A stretch of 64,000 nucleotides of DNA from a virus: positions 1-64,000 of the IMG/VR virus record IMGVR_UViG_3300005613_000046; one strand, 5' to 3'. Position 1 is the first letter of the stretch, and each line of letters starts with the position of its first letter. Positions 56,023 to 64,000 of the stretch are shown here, piece after piece. Made by a program: the position numbers and the translations under genes. The notes beneath the pieces were generated by a model. That model was not told where the DNA came from, made no database searches, and saw only the letters and a program-made list of their open reading frames with translations.

Positions 56023-56886
56023 TTATTTTTTAATTTTAGTCAAATACTTTTCCATCTCCATTTCAAGTATTGTGTTCATAGTTTTTTTAGAAACACGATA
56101 TTCGTGATACTCTCTTTCATCGGTTATTAAAACAACAATACAACCTAAAAGTGATATGTCTTCATATTTGGTTCCTTCCAACATCTTTAATAATAACTTA
56201 CCATAAAAAGGTAATTGAGTGTTGTAGTGACCAAGAGCATTATCAGGTAAATCTTGAAATGGTGCTTTCATTTTTTTGGTATAACGAGTGGTCTCAAAGT
56301 TCTTGGGTTTATTACTTTTCCAATCAGTAATTAATATTCCAATTTTACCATTTGTTCCGACAACTAACCAAACCTTATCGGGTTGTCCTGTATAACCTAA
56401 CTCAGGATGACCTAAAACCATCTCCGTATCAATCAACACACATCCTCTCTCTTTTAAAAGATCAATATATCTTTTACCTGCAACAATCATAGAATCACTT
56501 TTAATAATCTGTTCGGCATCACAATCAAATATTGGTTGACGAACTTCTTTTTCTATACCAAACTCTTTAAGGGTGTGTTCCTCTAAAATGAAGTGACAAC
56601 GAGAACCTAAGTTTGTTGATTTTCTACCTAGTTCTGCCCATTCATTTATTAGTCGTTCAGCTTCGTCAGGATCTCCACCGGCTTTATTATACGCCGCTTG
56701 TTCTGTTGGAAATTCGTCATAAAAGATTTTCATGACTTTTGAAACGGATGGGAAATCACTTTTTAATTCACCATTCAAATTTAACATTGTGTATGTATGA
56801 CTTTCTTCCTCAAAAGTGAGTTGGAATTCTTTTTGTTTTTGAGATATAATTTCTCTAATTTCTTGTGCTATTTTTTTTAAATCCAT
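56023..56886 (-). CDS. PD-(D/E)xK exonuclease
   Basis: F.EESHTY, PSVS, GSRCH, E...GQPDK, TDWKS, YNTQL..Y. Confidence 0.8.
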   Translation of the reverse strand: MDLKKIAQEIREIISQKQKEFQLTFEEESHTYTMLNLNGELKSDFPSVSKVMKIFYDEFPTEQAAYNKAGGDPDEAERLINEWAELGRKSTNLGSRCHFILEEHTLKEFGIEKEVRQPIFDCDAEQIIKSDSMIVAGKRYIDLLKERGCVLIDTEMVLGHPELGYTGQPDKVWLVVGTNGKIGILITDWKSNKPKNFETTRYTKKMKAPFQDLPDNALGHYNTQLPFYGKLLLKMLEGTKYEDISLLGCIVVLITDEREYHEYRVSKKTMNTILEMEMEKYLTKIKK

Positions 56887-57785
56887 TATCTAATAATATA
56901 ATAATATTCATCTTTTATTTCACCCCTAAGATCAGCGATATCCTTATCATCGGGTAACTTTATTAATTTAATTCTACCCCAAAGTTCACCACCATGTAGT
57001 TCGTGATAAAGATTAACGGCATTTTGCCAAGCGTCAGCGTCTAAACAGATAATAACATCACCTTTAGCCTTTTTGTATATTGTATTAAATAAAAGTTCTG
57101 ACATATGTTTACCTAACATTGGAATTGAGTTTTCCACAAACAACCCATCAAAAGCCCCTTCAACTAAATAAATGTCTTTATTCCAATCAATAAGATTCTC
57201 CCAAAATATGATTTTATCTTTCTCTGCTTCAGGATTCTTGTATTTGGCTCGTGACATTGGATTCCAACTTCTTGCAATATAATAGTTTAATTCACCATTA
57301 CTATTGTATGATGGAATTACAATACGACCAGCATGATCACCCTTATCACAGAACCCAATTTGATATTTTTCAATCATTAAATCGGTAATTCCCCGATTAT
57401 GTAAGTAATTTATGGCAGCCCTTCTAACAGGATAAACCAAACTTGAGTCTTTAAATAAGGTAAACCCTTCAGGAAGTTTAAGTTGTTTTTTTGGTTTTTC
57501 ACGTTTAACAACCGTTTCAGGTTTTAATACTTGATAAAGTTTTTTTTGTTTTTTATTTCCGTATTTATCAAATAATTTCCCCAAAGGTCCGTGAGTTCCG
57601 TCACTATCACCACACGACCAACATTTATAAACATTATCTACGTAATTAACTTCTAAATTATGTTTATTTCTATCATCATCACACACCGGGCAGTTGAAAG
57701 ATATCTGCCCACGATTTGGGTAGTGAAGTCCGTGGTCACCCAAAACATCCTCTAATAACTCAACTAACGCTTCATTTTCATCCAT
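56886..57785 (-). CDS. DNA primase (Zn finger plus TOPRIM)
   Basis: CPVC...CWSC, RIVIP, YIAR, KYKNP, VEGAFD, CLDADA, KDIAD. Confidence 0.9.
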   Translation of the reverse strand: MDENEALVELLEDVLGDHGLHYPNRGQISFNCPVCDDDRNKHNLEVNYVDNVYKCWSCGDSDGTHGPLGKLFDKYGNKKQKKLYQVLKPETVVKREKPKKQLKLPEGFTLFKDSSLVYPVRRAAINYLHNRGITDLMIEKYQIGFCDKGDHAGRIVIPSYNSNGELNYYIARSWNPMSRAKYKNPEAEKDKIIFWENLIDWNKDIYLVEGAFDGLFVENSIPMLGKHMSELLFNTIYKKAKGDVIICLDADAWQNAVNLYHELHGGELWGRIKLIKLPDDKDIADLRGEIKDEYYYIIR

Positions 57786-57877
57786 CCCTTACAATATAAT
57801 TAAAAACTTTCAATCAATCAACTACACAAAGTTTTATATTTTTTTTACATTTATTTTAGTTATATACCAAACTTAAA

Positions 57878-58093
57878 ATGAAAAACACAAGAAATACCAT
57901 ATTAGACTTTTTGGCGAGTCTTCTTATAGTATTTGTTTTTTTATCGCTATTTTGGTATTTGATTTCAGAATATGTAGACTTAATTAAAAATAAACAAACA
58001 AGGACGGTAACATTAATAACAACCATTATCACAATTATTTTAATGGTTTTAATTTATAATAACCCAGAATTTGTTAAATCAATACTTAAATAA
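57878..58093 (+). CDS. small 2-TM membrane protein
   Basis: two hydrophobic segments. Confidence 0.6.
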   Translation: MKNTRNTILDFLASLLIVFVFLSLFWYLISEYVDLIKNKQTRTVTLITTIITIILMVLIYNNPEFVKSILK

Positions 58094-58094
58094 G

Positions 58095-58412
58095 ATGTTA
58101 GAAAAAGGATTCAATACAATAAGAAAAGGATTATGGATATGGGGAGCGTTTATCATTTTAAAAGCCATTATAGAAGAAATAATTTTTTTTAAACAAAAAA
58201 AAGAAATGAGAAAATTACCAAAATATTTTAAATACATTGGTAAATACACTGAAGGTGGATTCACACCAAATAAAATATATAAATGTTTAAACCCATCAAA
58301 CATAAATGCCGAAGCAAATTTCATTGACGATCATGGCGATATTAATGGATATTGCGGATTTAACGATAAAATGTTTGTTGAATCCACAAAAGAAGAATTT
58401 CTAAAACAATAA
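58095..58412 (+). CDS. hypothetical protein
   Basis: ORF track 58071..58412; ATG 58095 more likely. Confidence 0.6.
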   Translation: MLEKGFNTIRKGLWIWGAFIILKAIIEEIIFFKQKKEMRKLPKYFKYIGKYTEGGFTPNKIYKCLNPSNINAEANFIDDHGDINGYCGFNDKMFVESTKEEFLKQ

Positions 58413-58466
58413 ATTATAATCTAACCACTACACAAAGTTTTATCATCTTTTATATTTATTGATGAT

Positions 58467-58685
58467 ATGCCAACACAAATTACAATATCATCACTTTCGG
58501 GATCATCACCTTTTGATGTTTACGCCTGTGATACGGGTTATACTACTTGTATATATATTAATACAATAACCCCAAGTCAAATTCCCTATACATTTAACTT
58601 ACCTCCGATTATGGAAAGTTTGGAGTTTTTTGATATTAAAGTTGTTGATAATAATGATTGTGTCATATCTGAAACTTTAACATAA
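58467..58685 (+). CDS. small putative virion protein
   Basis: beta-rich, 3 Cys; TATTTAT at 58453-58459. Confidence 0.6.
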   Translation: MPTQITISSLSGSSPFDVYACDTGYTTCIYINTITPSQIPYTFNLPPIMESLEFFDIKVVDNNDCVISETLT

Positions 58686-58686
58686 T

Positions 58687-60177
58687 ATGGCTTGTAATAA
58701 TTTAGGAGTATTTGCGATTGACACCTCCGCTAGTTTGGATCTTTGTCTTTCAGCACAAACGGACACCGTATATGGTGATAGTTTGGATATTGGTCAAGAA
58801 TTATATCTTGATTCAGGTTGCACCCTCTCTTTATCATTAACTTATTTAAGTAATGGCGTTAATTTATATGAAACAGATTTGGCAGGAGAAATTATCGGTA
58901 TATCAGGTTGCACTTGTGATTTTTTAGGGACATTTGCCGCAGCTTCGGATCCCGATGTAACTTGTTTATCCCCATTATCCATCGATTTATATGGAACCGA
59001 TCTAAATATTGGAAGTATTGTGTATACAGACTCTGCTTGCACCTCAACAGCGTTATTATCATACTACTCAGATGGTGTAACGGTTTATGATGTTGACGGT
59101 GCTGGAGAGATTTTGGGTTTATCTGCCTGCACCTGTCCAGGTATATTTTGTGTTCAAAATGACACAACTTATGATGATACTTATTATATTGCAGGAACTT
59201 ATGATGGTGAGTCTTATTATACGGGTGAATCGACAAGTTATGTAATATATTATTCAACAGGTGAAACTAGATGGTGTTTGGCACAAAATCTTGGTGATCC
59301 GTGTGATCAGTTTGGTCCTTATGGTAGCACAAGCACTTGTCCTGATTTAGATGATAGTGTTGTTTATTTTGGTGTTTGTACGACAACCACAACAACAATT
59401 AACCCCTGTTCTACATTAGATTTGGAGGCCGTTTTTGATTGTTATGTCACACCAACTCCTACGGTGACACCTTCTAACACTCCAACACCAACTCCAACTC
59501 CAACACCGACAACTTCAAATATTTGTGGTGGTGTTTCTATGATTGTAAGTGCTTCAGGGGTAACACCAACACCGACACCTTCATTTACACCATCTCCAAC
59601 ACCAACACCGGTGGTTGAGCGTCCTTGTAATTTTTCAGGTGAGGTAATATTTAATCAATTCTCAGAAATTATTCAATGTTCTAATAGTAAAAAATTCAGA
59701 GATTGTTTAACAGGTATTCAATATTTTACTTCAGATTTAGTCTTGGTTTCAGGAACAACATCACCAAAAGAAGGTTATGTTTATAATGCAATTATTAATG
59801 GTCAAGGTTATTGTGTGATATATGATGGTTTGTTTGAAAATATAAGTGGTGTTGATACTATTGATTTAATTACTGAAATCGGTTCTACTGTGGACGGAGC
59901 CTGTTTAGACTGTATTCCTAATCTAACTCAAACACCAACTCCAACACCGACAAATACACCAACACCAACACCTAGTCCATCTCCTTGTGTTCAATTTGAA
60001 TATTTGGTTTCAAACATAAGTGAATCTATGATCAAAATAAGTTACTCAACTTGTGATGGAGGATCTCAAACAATATCTTTAAATGGTGGTTTATCAATCA
60101 TTTTATGTTCTTCAACAACCCCAATTTCAAATAATCCTCAGAGCGTAGAGGTTCAAAATACAGGATTTGTATGTTAA
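58687..60177 (+). CDS. Cys-rich putative virion protein with PT/T linkers
   Basis: two N-terminal repeats (C...YG..L.IG...Y.DS.CT...Y.S.GV..Y..D.AGEI.G.S.C), TPTP tracts. Confidence 0.6.
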   Translation: MACNNLGVFAIDTSASLDLCLSAQTDTVYGDSLDIGQELYLDSGCTLSLSLTYLSNGVNLYETDLAGEIIGISGCTCDFLGTFAAASDPDVTCLSPLSIDLYGTDLNIGSIVYTDSACTSTALLSYYSDGVTVYDVDGAGEILGLSACTCPGIFCVQNDTTYDDTYYIAGTYDGESYYTGESTSYVIYYSTGETRWCLAQNLGDPCDQFGPYGSTSTCPDLDDSVVYFGVCTTTTTTINPCSTLDLEAVFDCYVTPTPTVTPSNTPTPTPTPTPTTSNICGGVSMIVSASGVTPTPTPSFTPSPTPTPVVERPCNFSGEVIFNQFSEIIQCSNSKKFRDCLTGIQYFTSDLVLVSGTTSPKEGYVYNAIINGQGYCVIYDGLFENISGVDTIDLITEIGSTVDGACLDCIPNLTQTPTPTPTNTPTPTPSPSPCVQFEYLVSNISESMIKISYSTCDGGSQTISLNGGLSIILCSSTTPISNNPQSVEVQNTGFVC

Positions 60178-60207
60178 AAAAAAATATCGTCTAAAAAGAC
60201 GATATTT
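60177..60207. terminator. terminator between convergent genes
   Basis: AAATATCGTCT-AAAA-AGACGATATTT. Confidence 0.7.
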
Positions 60208-60232
60208 CACATAATCGGTATATTAAACGATA

Positions 60233-60838
60233 TTACTCCCAAACACCTTTAAATCTCATAAATCCTAATACACAAGTATAAGCATCTGTTTGGTCAAAGT
60301 TTTCTTTCTTAAGAGTATTATTTCTTGTATAATGCCATTTAATTTGTGGTTCTCGTTTTGCAACCTTTTCCCATATAATCATTTTCTTATCAACATCTTT
60401 TGGTAAACCACCAAATAAAACATGTTTTTTCTTATCATTTTCTTGAACTAAATCAGGAAATGCAAATTTTCTTGAGTTATATGTTGATATAAATTCAGGG
60501 ACTATTCCTAATATGTTATATACTTCTTTGAATACGAAGCTATTAAATCTAAGTAATGTTTGAATGGTGTATACGTTATTTGAATTAAGTAATGGTTCTT
60601 CAATCACAACTCTTACAATACCTAAGTTTTTATATTCTTTTAATTTCTCTGCGAATATCTCAGACTTTAATAAAAGTTCTTTAATCTTATCTTCATCTTT
60701 ATCTACTTTTGGTCTTGGTGATACATGGGTTAATTCCAATAATTCTTGTGTGACAATGTCAAATAAGGCCCATCCAATTGTTTTGGTTGATATATCAAGA
60801 CCAAGGACTTTTGGGCTGTTTTTTAGATTTTTTCTCAT
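60233..60838 (-). CDS. RuvC-like Holliday junction resolvase
   Basis: VLGLDISTKTIGWA, VVIEEP, FDQTDAY. Confidence 0.8.
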   Translation of the reverse strand: MRKNLKNSPKVLGLDISTKTIGWALFDIVTQELLELTHVSPRPKVDKDEDKIKELLLKSEIFAEKLKEYKNLGIVRVVIEEPLLNSNNVYTIQTLLRFNSFVFKEVYNILGIVPEFISTYNSRKFAFPDLVQENDKKKHVLFGGLPKDVDKKMIIWEKVAKREPQIKWHYTRNNTLKKENFDQTDAYTCVLGFMRFKGVWE

Positions 60839-60894
60839 AAACTATTTGTTATACTTAATTATTATAAGTCAAAAGAATTAAAATTAAAGTTTTG

Positions 60895-63384
60895 CTAAAA
60901 ATCTAACTTAACAACGTATTGTTGAATGCCTTGTCGAAGAACTGGTGATTGTAATTTTGACATAACCATAATATCTTGATTTTCGTCTAATAAAGCAATT
61001 TCAGTAACATAAGATTGAGTTCCTTTAGTCCATGTTGGGTTCTGTGAAACTAAAAACTCAGATGAACTTAGATTTATCTTATATTTCATTTCATAAATCG
61101 TAGCTTGTATATCTGTTTCTAAATTACCATAGAAATAATATTCATCACCAAAGTTTAATTTTTGACCCGTTTCACCATTAGAAACTAATGGAACAAAATT
61201 ATTAAGATTATAGAATGGTGCTGCTGAATAATTTTCAGAAGTTATTACAAATGTAGTTGCCGTTAAAGATTCTTGGGTTACATATCCATTAACAAAGAAA
61301 CTACTTGCTTGATCGGTAAAATCTATTAGTCTCCACGCTTCAGGTGTTGGTCTTTGTCCTGATGGAACTTTTTGAGCTAATACTTGGAATTCATTAGCGT
61401 AAAAACCTTGTGGGACTACGCAAGTTGGACAAGAAGTAGTTGTAGTCGTTACAAATTGTGTTGTTGTTGTAGTTGTAGGACTTATTGTAGTTGTAGTGGT
61501 TGTTGGTGAAAATCCTGGTTGAACTAAACAATTAAAGTCTCCACCAAATCTAACCGCAACATTTTTAGGGGTTTCAGGACTACAAACATTTTCGGTTCCA
61601 ACAACATTAACATAATAATTACAATGTAATGAATTTGTAAAGAAGTTTGAATTGGACAATCTATAAGTCACCCACATTGTTTCTCCACCACCCGTTAAAA
61701 CTCCTGTGGTGTTTGAAACTCCACAAGTATTTGGTGTTAATAATGAAACTTGAGGTGCTGGTAAAGTCCAGTTTCTATTAGATTTATATGAAAGAGCTGC
61801 AACCAATTCCTCATCGTCAATGATAATTAATTTTGAATCAGGATAAACTTTACCAATTCTACTTGGAAGTCCGTTAGGTTGAGCGAAAGTGTCCCATAAG
61901 TTATAATATCTAAGACCTGGCTTATTCATATTTGTCGAAACACTTGATTTAGTGTATTGAACTTGGAATAAGTTTTTACCTTCAAATCCTGGAGGATCCA
62001 CCCAAAATGTTTGACCAAAACAACATTCAGGATTTTTATGCCACATTATTGTTGGCATATGTAGTTTAAAGTTTCTTGCCTGACCTTGTGTATTTTCAGG
62101 ATTTTGAGTGTCGTATGGTTGTAATGCGAATTTTTCACCGTAGAAAAAGTCTATTGTTTGATTAGTATAGTGAATTATTGCAATCGCTTTTTGATCTTTC
62201 GGTTCAACAACATTTTTTTCACCAAATGAATTATAGTAATAAACATCATCTGTGGATGTTTGAGCACTTGTTGTATATCCAAAATATTCTTTTTGTCCAA
62301 TATAATTAACTGAACCAAATTTTGTATAATCTTGATATTGTGAAGATATTAATCCCGCTGGACTTTCAGTCCACGGAATGTTCATATTCCATATTTTAAC
62401 ATCAAATTGATCTGTATCACAAACTGATTCAAAATCAATTACGTTTTGACTCCAATGTTGTTCAGGTGTAAAACTATCATATAAAGGAACCATTTGTGGT
62501 GGATATATAATTGTTCTAGCAATACAATCACTCGCCAAATTTGTAAAATCAGGTGTTGGTCTATCTAATGTTAATTTATCACCACAAACATCAATAATTC
62601 TGTATGTTAAAATTGAAAAACATGATATAACATCTGTTAAACAATCTGGCGGTGGTGGTAACGGACACTGAGCACTTGGCGTTGGTGTTAAACACGGAGT
62701 TTGTGTTGGTGATGGTGTAGGTGTAGGTGATGCGCAAATATCTGAAGTTGTGCTCGAAGGTGTTGGTGTTGGTGTAGGAGTTTGTCCCACAGACGCACTT
62801 GGTGTTGGTGTTGGGAAATTAGAACAAGAACAATTTGTTTTTGCTCTACCGTCGTAATAAATTGTAATAAAATCACCAATTTGAGGTGTGTTATTATTAA
62901 ATTCATTACAATCTAATCTATAAACATTTATTTCATTAGTTCCGTTTAATGTTGACATGTTCACAACATAATTAGGGGTAACAACATAAGTGTTATTAAC
63001 TAACGCTTTCCAATCAACCGTAGATGCTGTTGTATTTCCTGTGAAAAATCCTCTCATTGCGGCTCTATTATAAACCGACTCAATTTGAGAATCCATAAAT
63101 GGTATTCCAAAAATATTTGTTTGTCCCTCATCAACTAAATAAGGATACTTAATGTATTGTCTGTTTGATTCAGGAACACCGCTACTATTTTGTGAATTAA
63201 ATTGTGGTTCTAATACAACAGTGTTTGATTGATTATATGTTGAGGGTAATTTGTTATATGATATTTCACTATCTCCAATTGCAAAATAGGAAATTCTAAA
63301 ATTACCTTCAGATAATCTTTGTCTACCTGTGTCAGTAACACGGGTGTTAACTAATCCTGATGTATTTTTTATTATGTATGCCAT
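60895..63384 (-). CDS. large putative virion (tail/baseplate) protein
   Basis: N-term TRVTDTGRQRL...YFAIGDSEI; C-term YVTEIALLDENQDIMVMSKL (tail-collar-like); PT/T tracts; TATTTAT at 63392-63398. Confidence 0.65.
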   Translation of the reverse strand: MAYIIKNTSGLVNTRVTDTGRQRLSEGNFRISYFAIGDSEISYNKLPSTYNQSNTVVLEPQFNSQNSSGVPESNRQYIKYPYLVDEGQTNIFGIPFMDSQIESVYNRAAMRGFFTGNTTASTVDWKALVNNTYVVTPNYVVNMSTLNGTNEINVYRLDCNEFNNNTPQIGDFITIYYDGRAKTNCSCSNFPTPTPSASVGQTPTPTPTPSSTTSDICASPTPTPSPTQTPCLTPTPSAQCPLPPPPDCLTDVISCFSILTYRIIDVCGDKLTLDRPTPDFTNLASDCIARTIIYPPQMVPLYDSFTPEQHWSQNVIDFESVCDTDQFDVKIWNMNIPWTESPAGLISSQYQDYTKFGSVNYIGQKEYFGYTTSAQTSTDDVYYYNSFGEKNVVEPKDQKAIAIIHYTNQTIDFFYGEKFALQPYDTQNPENTQGQARNFKLHMPTIMWHKNPECCFGQTFWVDPPGFEGKNLFQVQYTKSSVSTNMNKPGLRYYNLWDTFAQPNGLPSRIGKVYPDSKLIIIDDEELVAALSYKSNRNWTLPAPQVSLLTPNTCGVSNTTGVLTGGGETMWVTYRLSNSNFFTNSLHCNYYVNVVGTENVCSPETPKNVAVRFGGDFNCLVQPGFSPTTTTTTISPTTTTTTQFVTTTTTSCPTCVVPQGFYANEFQVLAQKVPSGQRPTPEAWRLIDFTDQASSFFVNGYVTQESLTATTFVITSENYSAAPFYNLNNFVPLVSNGETGQKLNFGDEYYFYGNLETDIQATIYEMKYKINLSSSEFLVSQNPTWTKGTQSYVTEIALLDENQDIMVMSKLQSPVLRQGIQQYVVKLDF

Positions 63385-63412
63385 TTATAGAATAAATATT
63401 GTTTTATTACTT

Positions 63413-64000
63413 TTATGTAATCGGAGGTGCCGGATTTAATTTTGGGTTAAGTAAAAATACAGAACAACATTCACAATTTTCAATTATAGGTGTCATCATC
63501 ATCAAATTATATGATCCAACCGCATTTTCACATCGTCCTGTTGGGTCGTTTATTATTGAATTTGTGGTTGATCCTGTTACCACCTGATTACTTGTAAGGG
63601 TTATTGTGTTGGTATATGTATTTGTAGTTTGACTAATTCCAATTGATCCATCTGAAGTGCAAGGTCCTGATAATGGTGTAATGTTTAACGTTGTATTTGT
63701 TAAAGTCATCGGGCCAATACCACTTATTGTTGTTGTATTATTATATATTGGTTGTGGTGTTAATGTTGTGGGATAAAAACTAAATGTAGATGTCATTAAT
63801 AAACTTAATGATATTGTAACTCCACTTGGTAAAGTAGGTGCTGTTATAGAAAATAATCCAGTAACATAATTAACATTTAAAGTCACAGAATAAATTGTTG
63901 GTGAAACATTCCCAACAACGACAGGATTCAGTGTTCCGATCACATTTAAGGAGTCTTTAACTGAAACTGAATATGTTCCTGGTGTTAAATTATTAAATAT
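63413..64000 (-). CDS. putative virion protein, C-terminal part (begins beyond window)
   Basis: open frame to window edge; Thr/Ser-rich beta-strand pattern. Confidence 0.6.
   Translation of the reverse strand: MFNNLTPGTYSVSVKDSLNVIGTLNPVVVGNVSPTIYSVTLNVNYVTGLFSITAPTLPSGVTISLSLLMTSTFSFYPTTLTPQPIYNNTTTISGIGPMTLTNTTLNITPLSGPCTSDGSIGISQTTNTYTNTITLTSNQVVTGSTTNSIINDPTGRCENAVGSYNLMMMTPIIENCECCSVFLLNPKLNPAPPIT

Larger units (their letters stand above)
57821..58443 (+). repeat. 17-bp direct repeat flanking two genes
   Basis: ACTACACAAAGTTTTAT at 57821-57837 and 58427-58443. Confidence 0.75.

Noticed and set aside
56023-56886. Possible Cas4 / CRISPR system
   Set aside because: PD-(D/E)xK nuclease lacks the four-Cys Fe-S pattern and sits beside primase; I saw no repeat-spacer array in the window.
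1373-63587. Many short ORF-track entries antisense to, or nested in, longer genes (e.g. 1373, 3384, 9216, 13592, 20660, 42218, 52969, 53374, 58892, 60564, 63399)
   Set aside because: They lie on top of well-supported genes, lack motifs and promoters, and several simply mirror repeat tracts; treated as shadow ORFs.
1-64000. tRNA or rRNA genes, integrase, transposase
   Set aside because: None recognised in the short intergenic spaces or the ORFs by manual reading; tRNAscan-SE would confirm.
1-64000. Stop-codon reassignment as in some Bacteroidota phages
   Set aside because: Known genes are full length under code 11, and TAA, TAG and TGA all end genes at expected positions.
1-64000. Eukaryotic giant virus or bacterial chromosome origin, suggested by annexin, LRR, articulin-like repeats, GS and DnaJ
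   Set aside because: Sigma-70, amidase, bacterial promoters, intrinsic terminators, phage-type primase/SbcCD/resolvase and dense small hypothetical genes fit a bacteriophage.

Overview
A 64-kb, AT-rich, gene-dense segment of a large (probably jumbo) tailed dsDNA bacteriophage using the standard code, with most genes on the minus strand. The host is inferred to be Bacteroidota: TAnnTTTG promoter boxes lie just upstream of about a dozen genes, and the window encodes a T9SS-sorted protein, a short sigma-70 factor, a type II glutamine synthetase and an Hc1-like protein. Recognisable genes cover replication and recombination (primase, PD-(D/E)xK nuclease, SbcC/SbcD, RuvC-like resolvase), RNA end-repair (RNA ligase, cyclic-phosphate receiver domain, kinase, phosphoesterase), four DNA methyltransferase genes (two in a helicase-linked RM-like island), DnaJ, thioredoxin/glutaredoxin, an amidase lysis region and Cys/Pro/Thr-rich virion proteins. 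The most interesting signals are: (1) many unrelated proteins sharing short N-terminal tags that end in a hydrophobic-x-E site, mostly downstream of a second promoter motif (TATTTAT), suggesting a capsid-loading and protease-maturation system for injected cargo; (2) a ~190-nt structured, independently transcribed ncRNA candidate next to the sigma factor; (3) an internally deleted MetK-like protein; (4) annexin-like and articulin-like domains; (5) several small ORFs missed by the ORF track. All family assignments come from motif recognition by eye, not from database searches.
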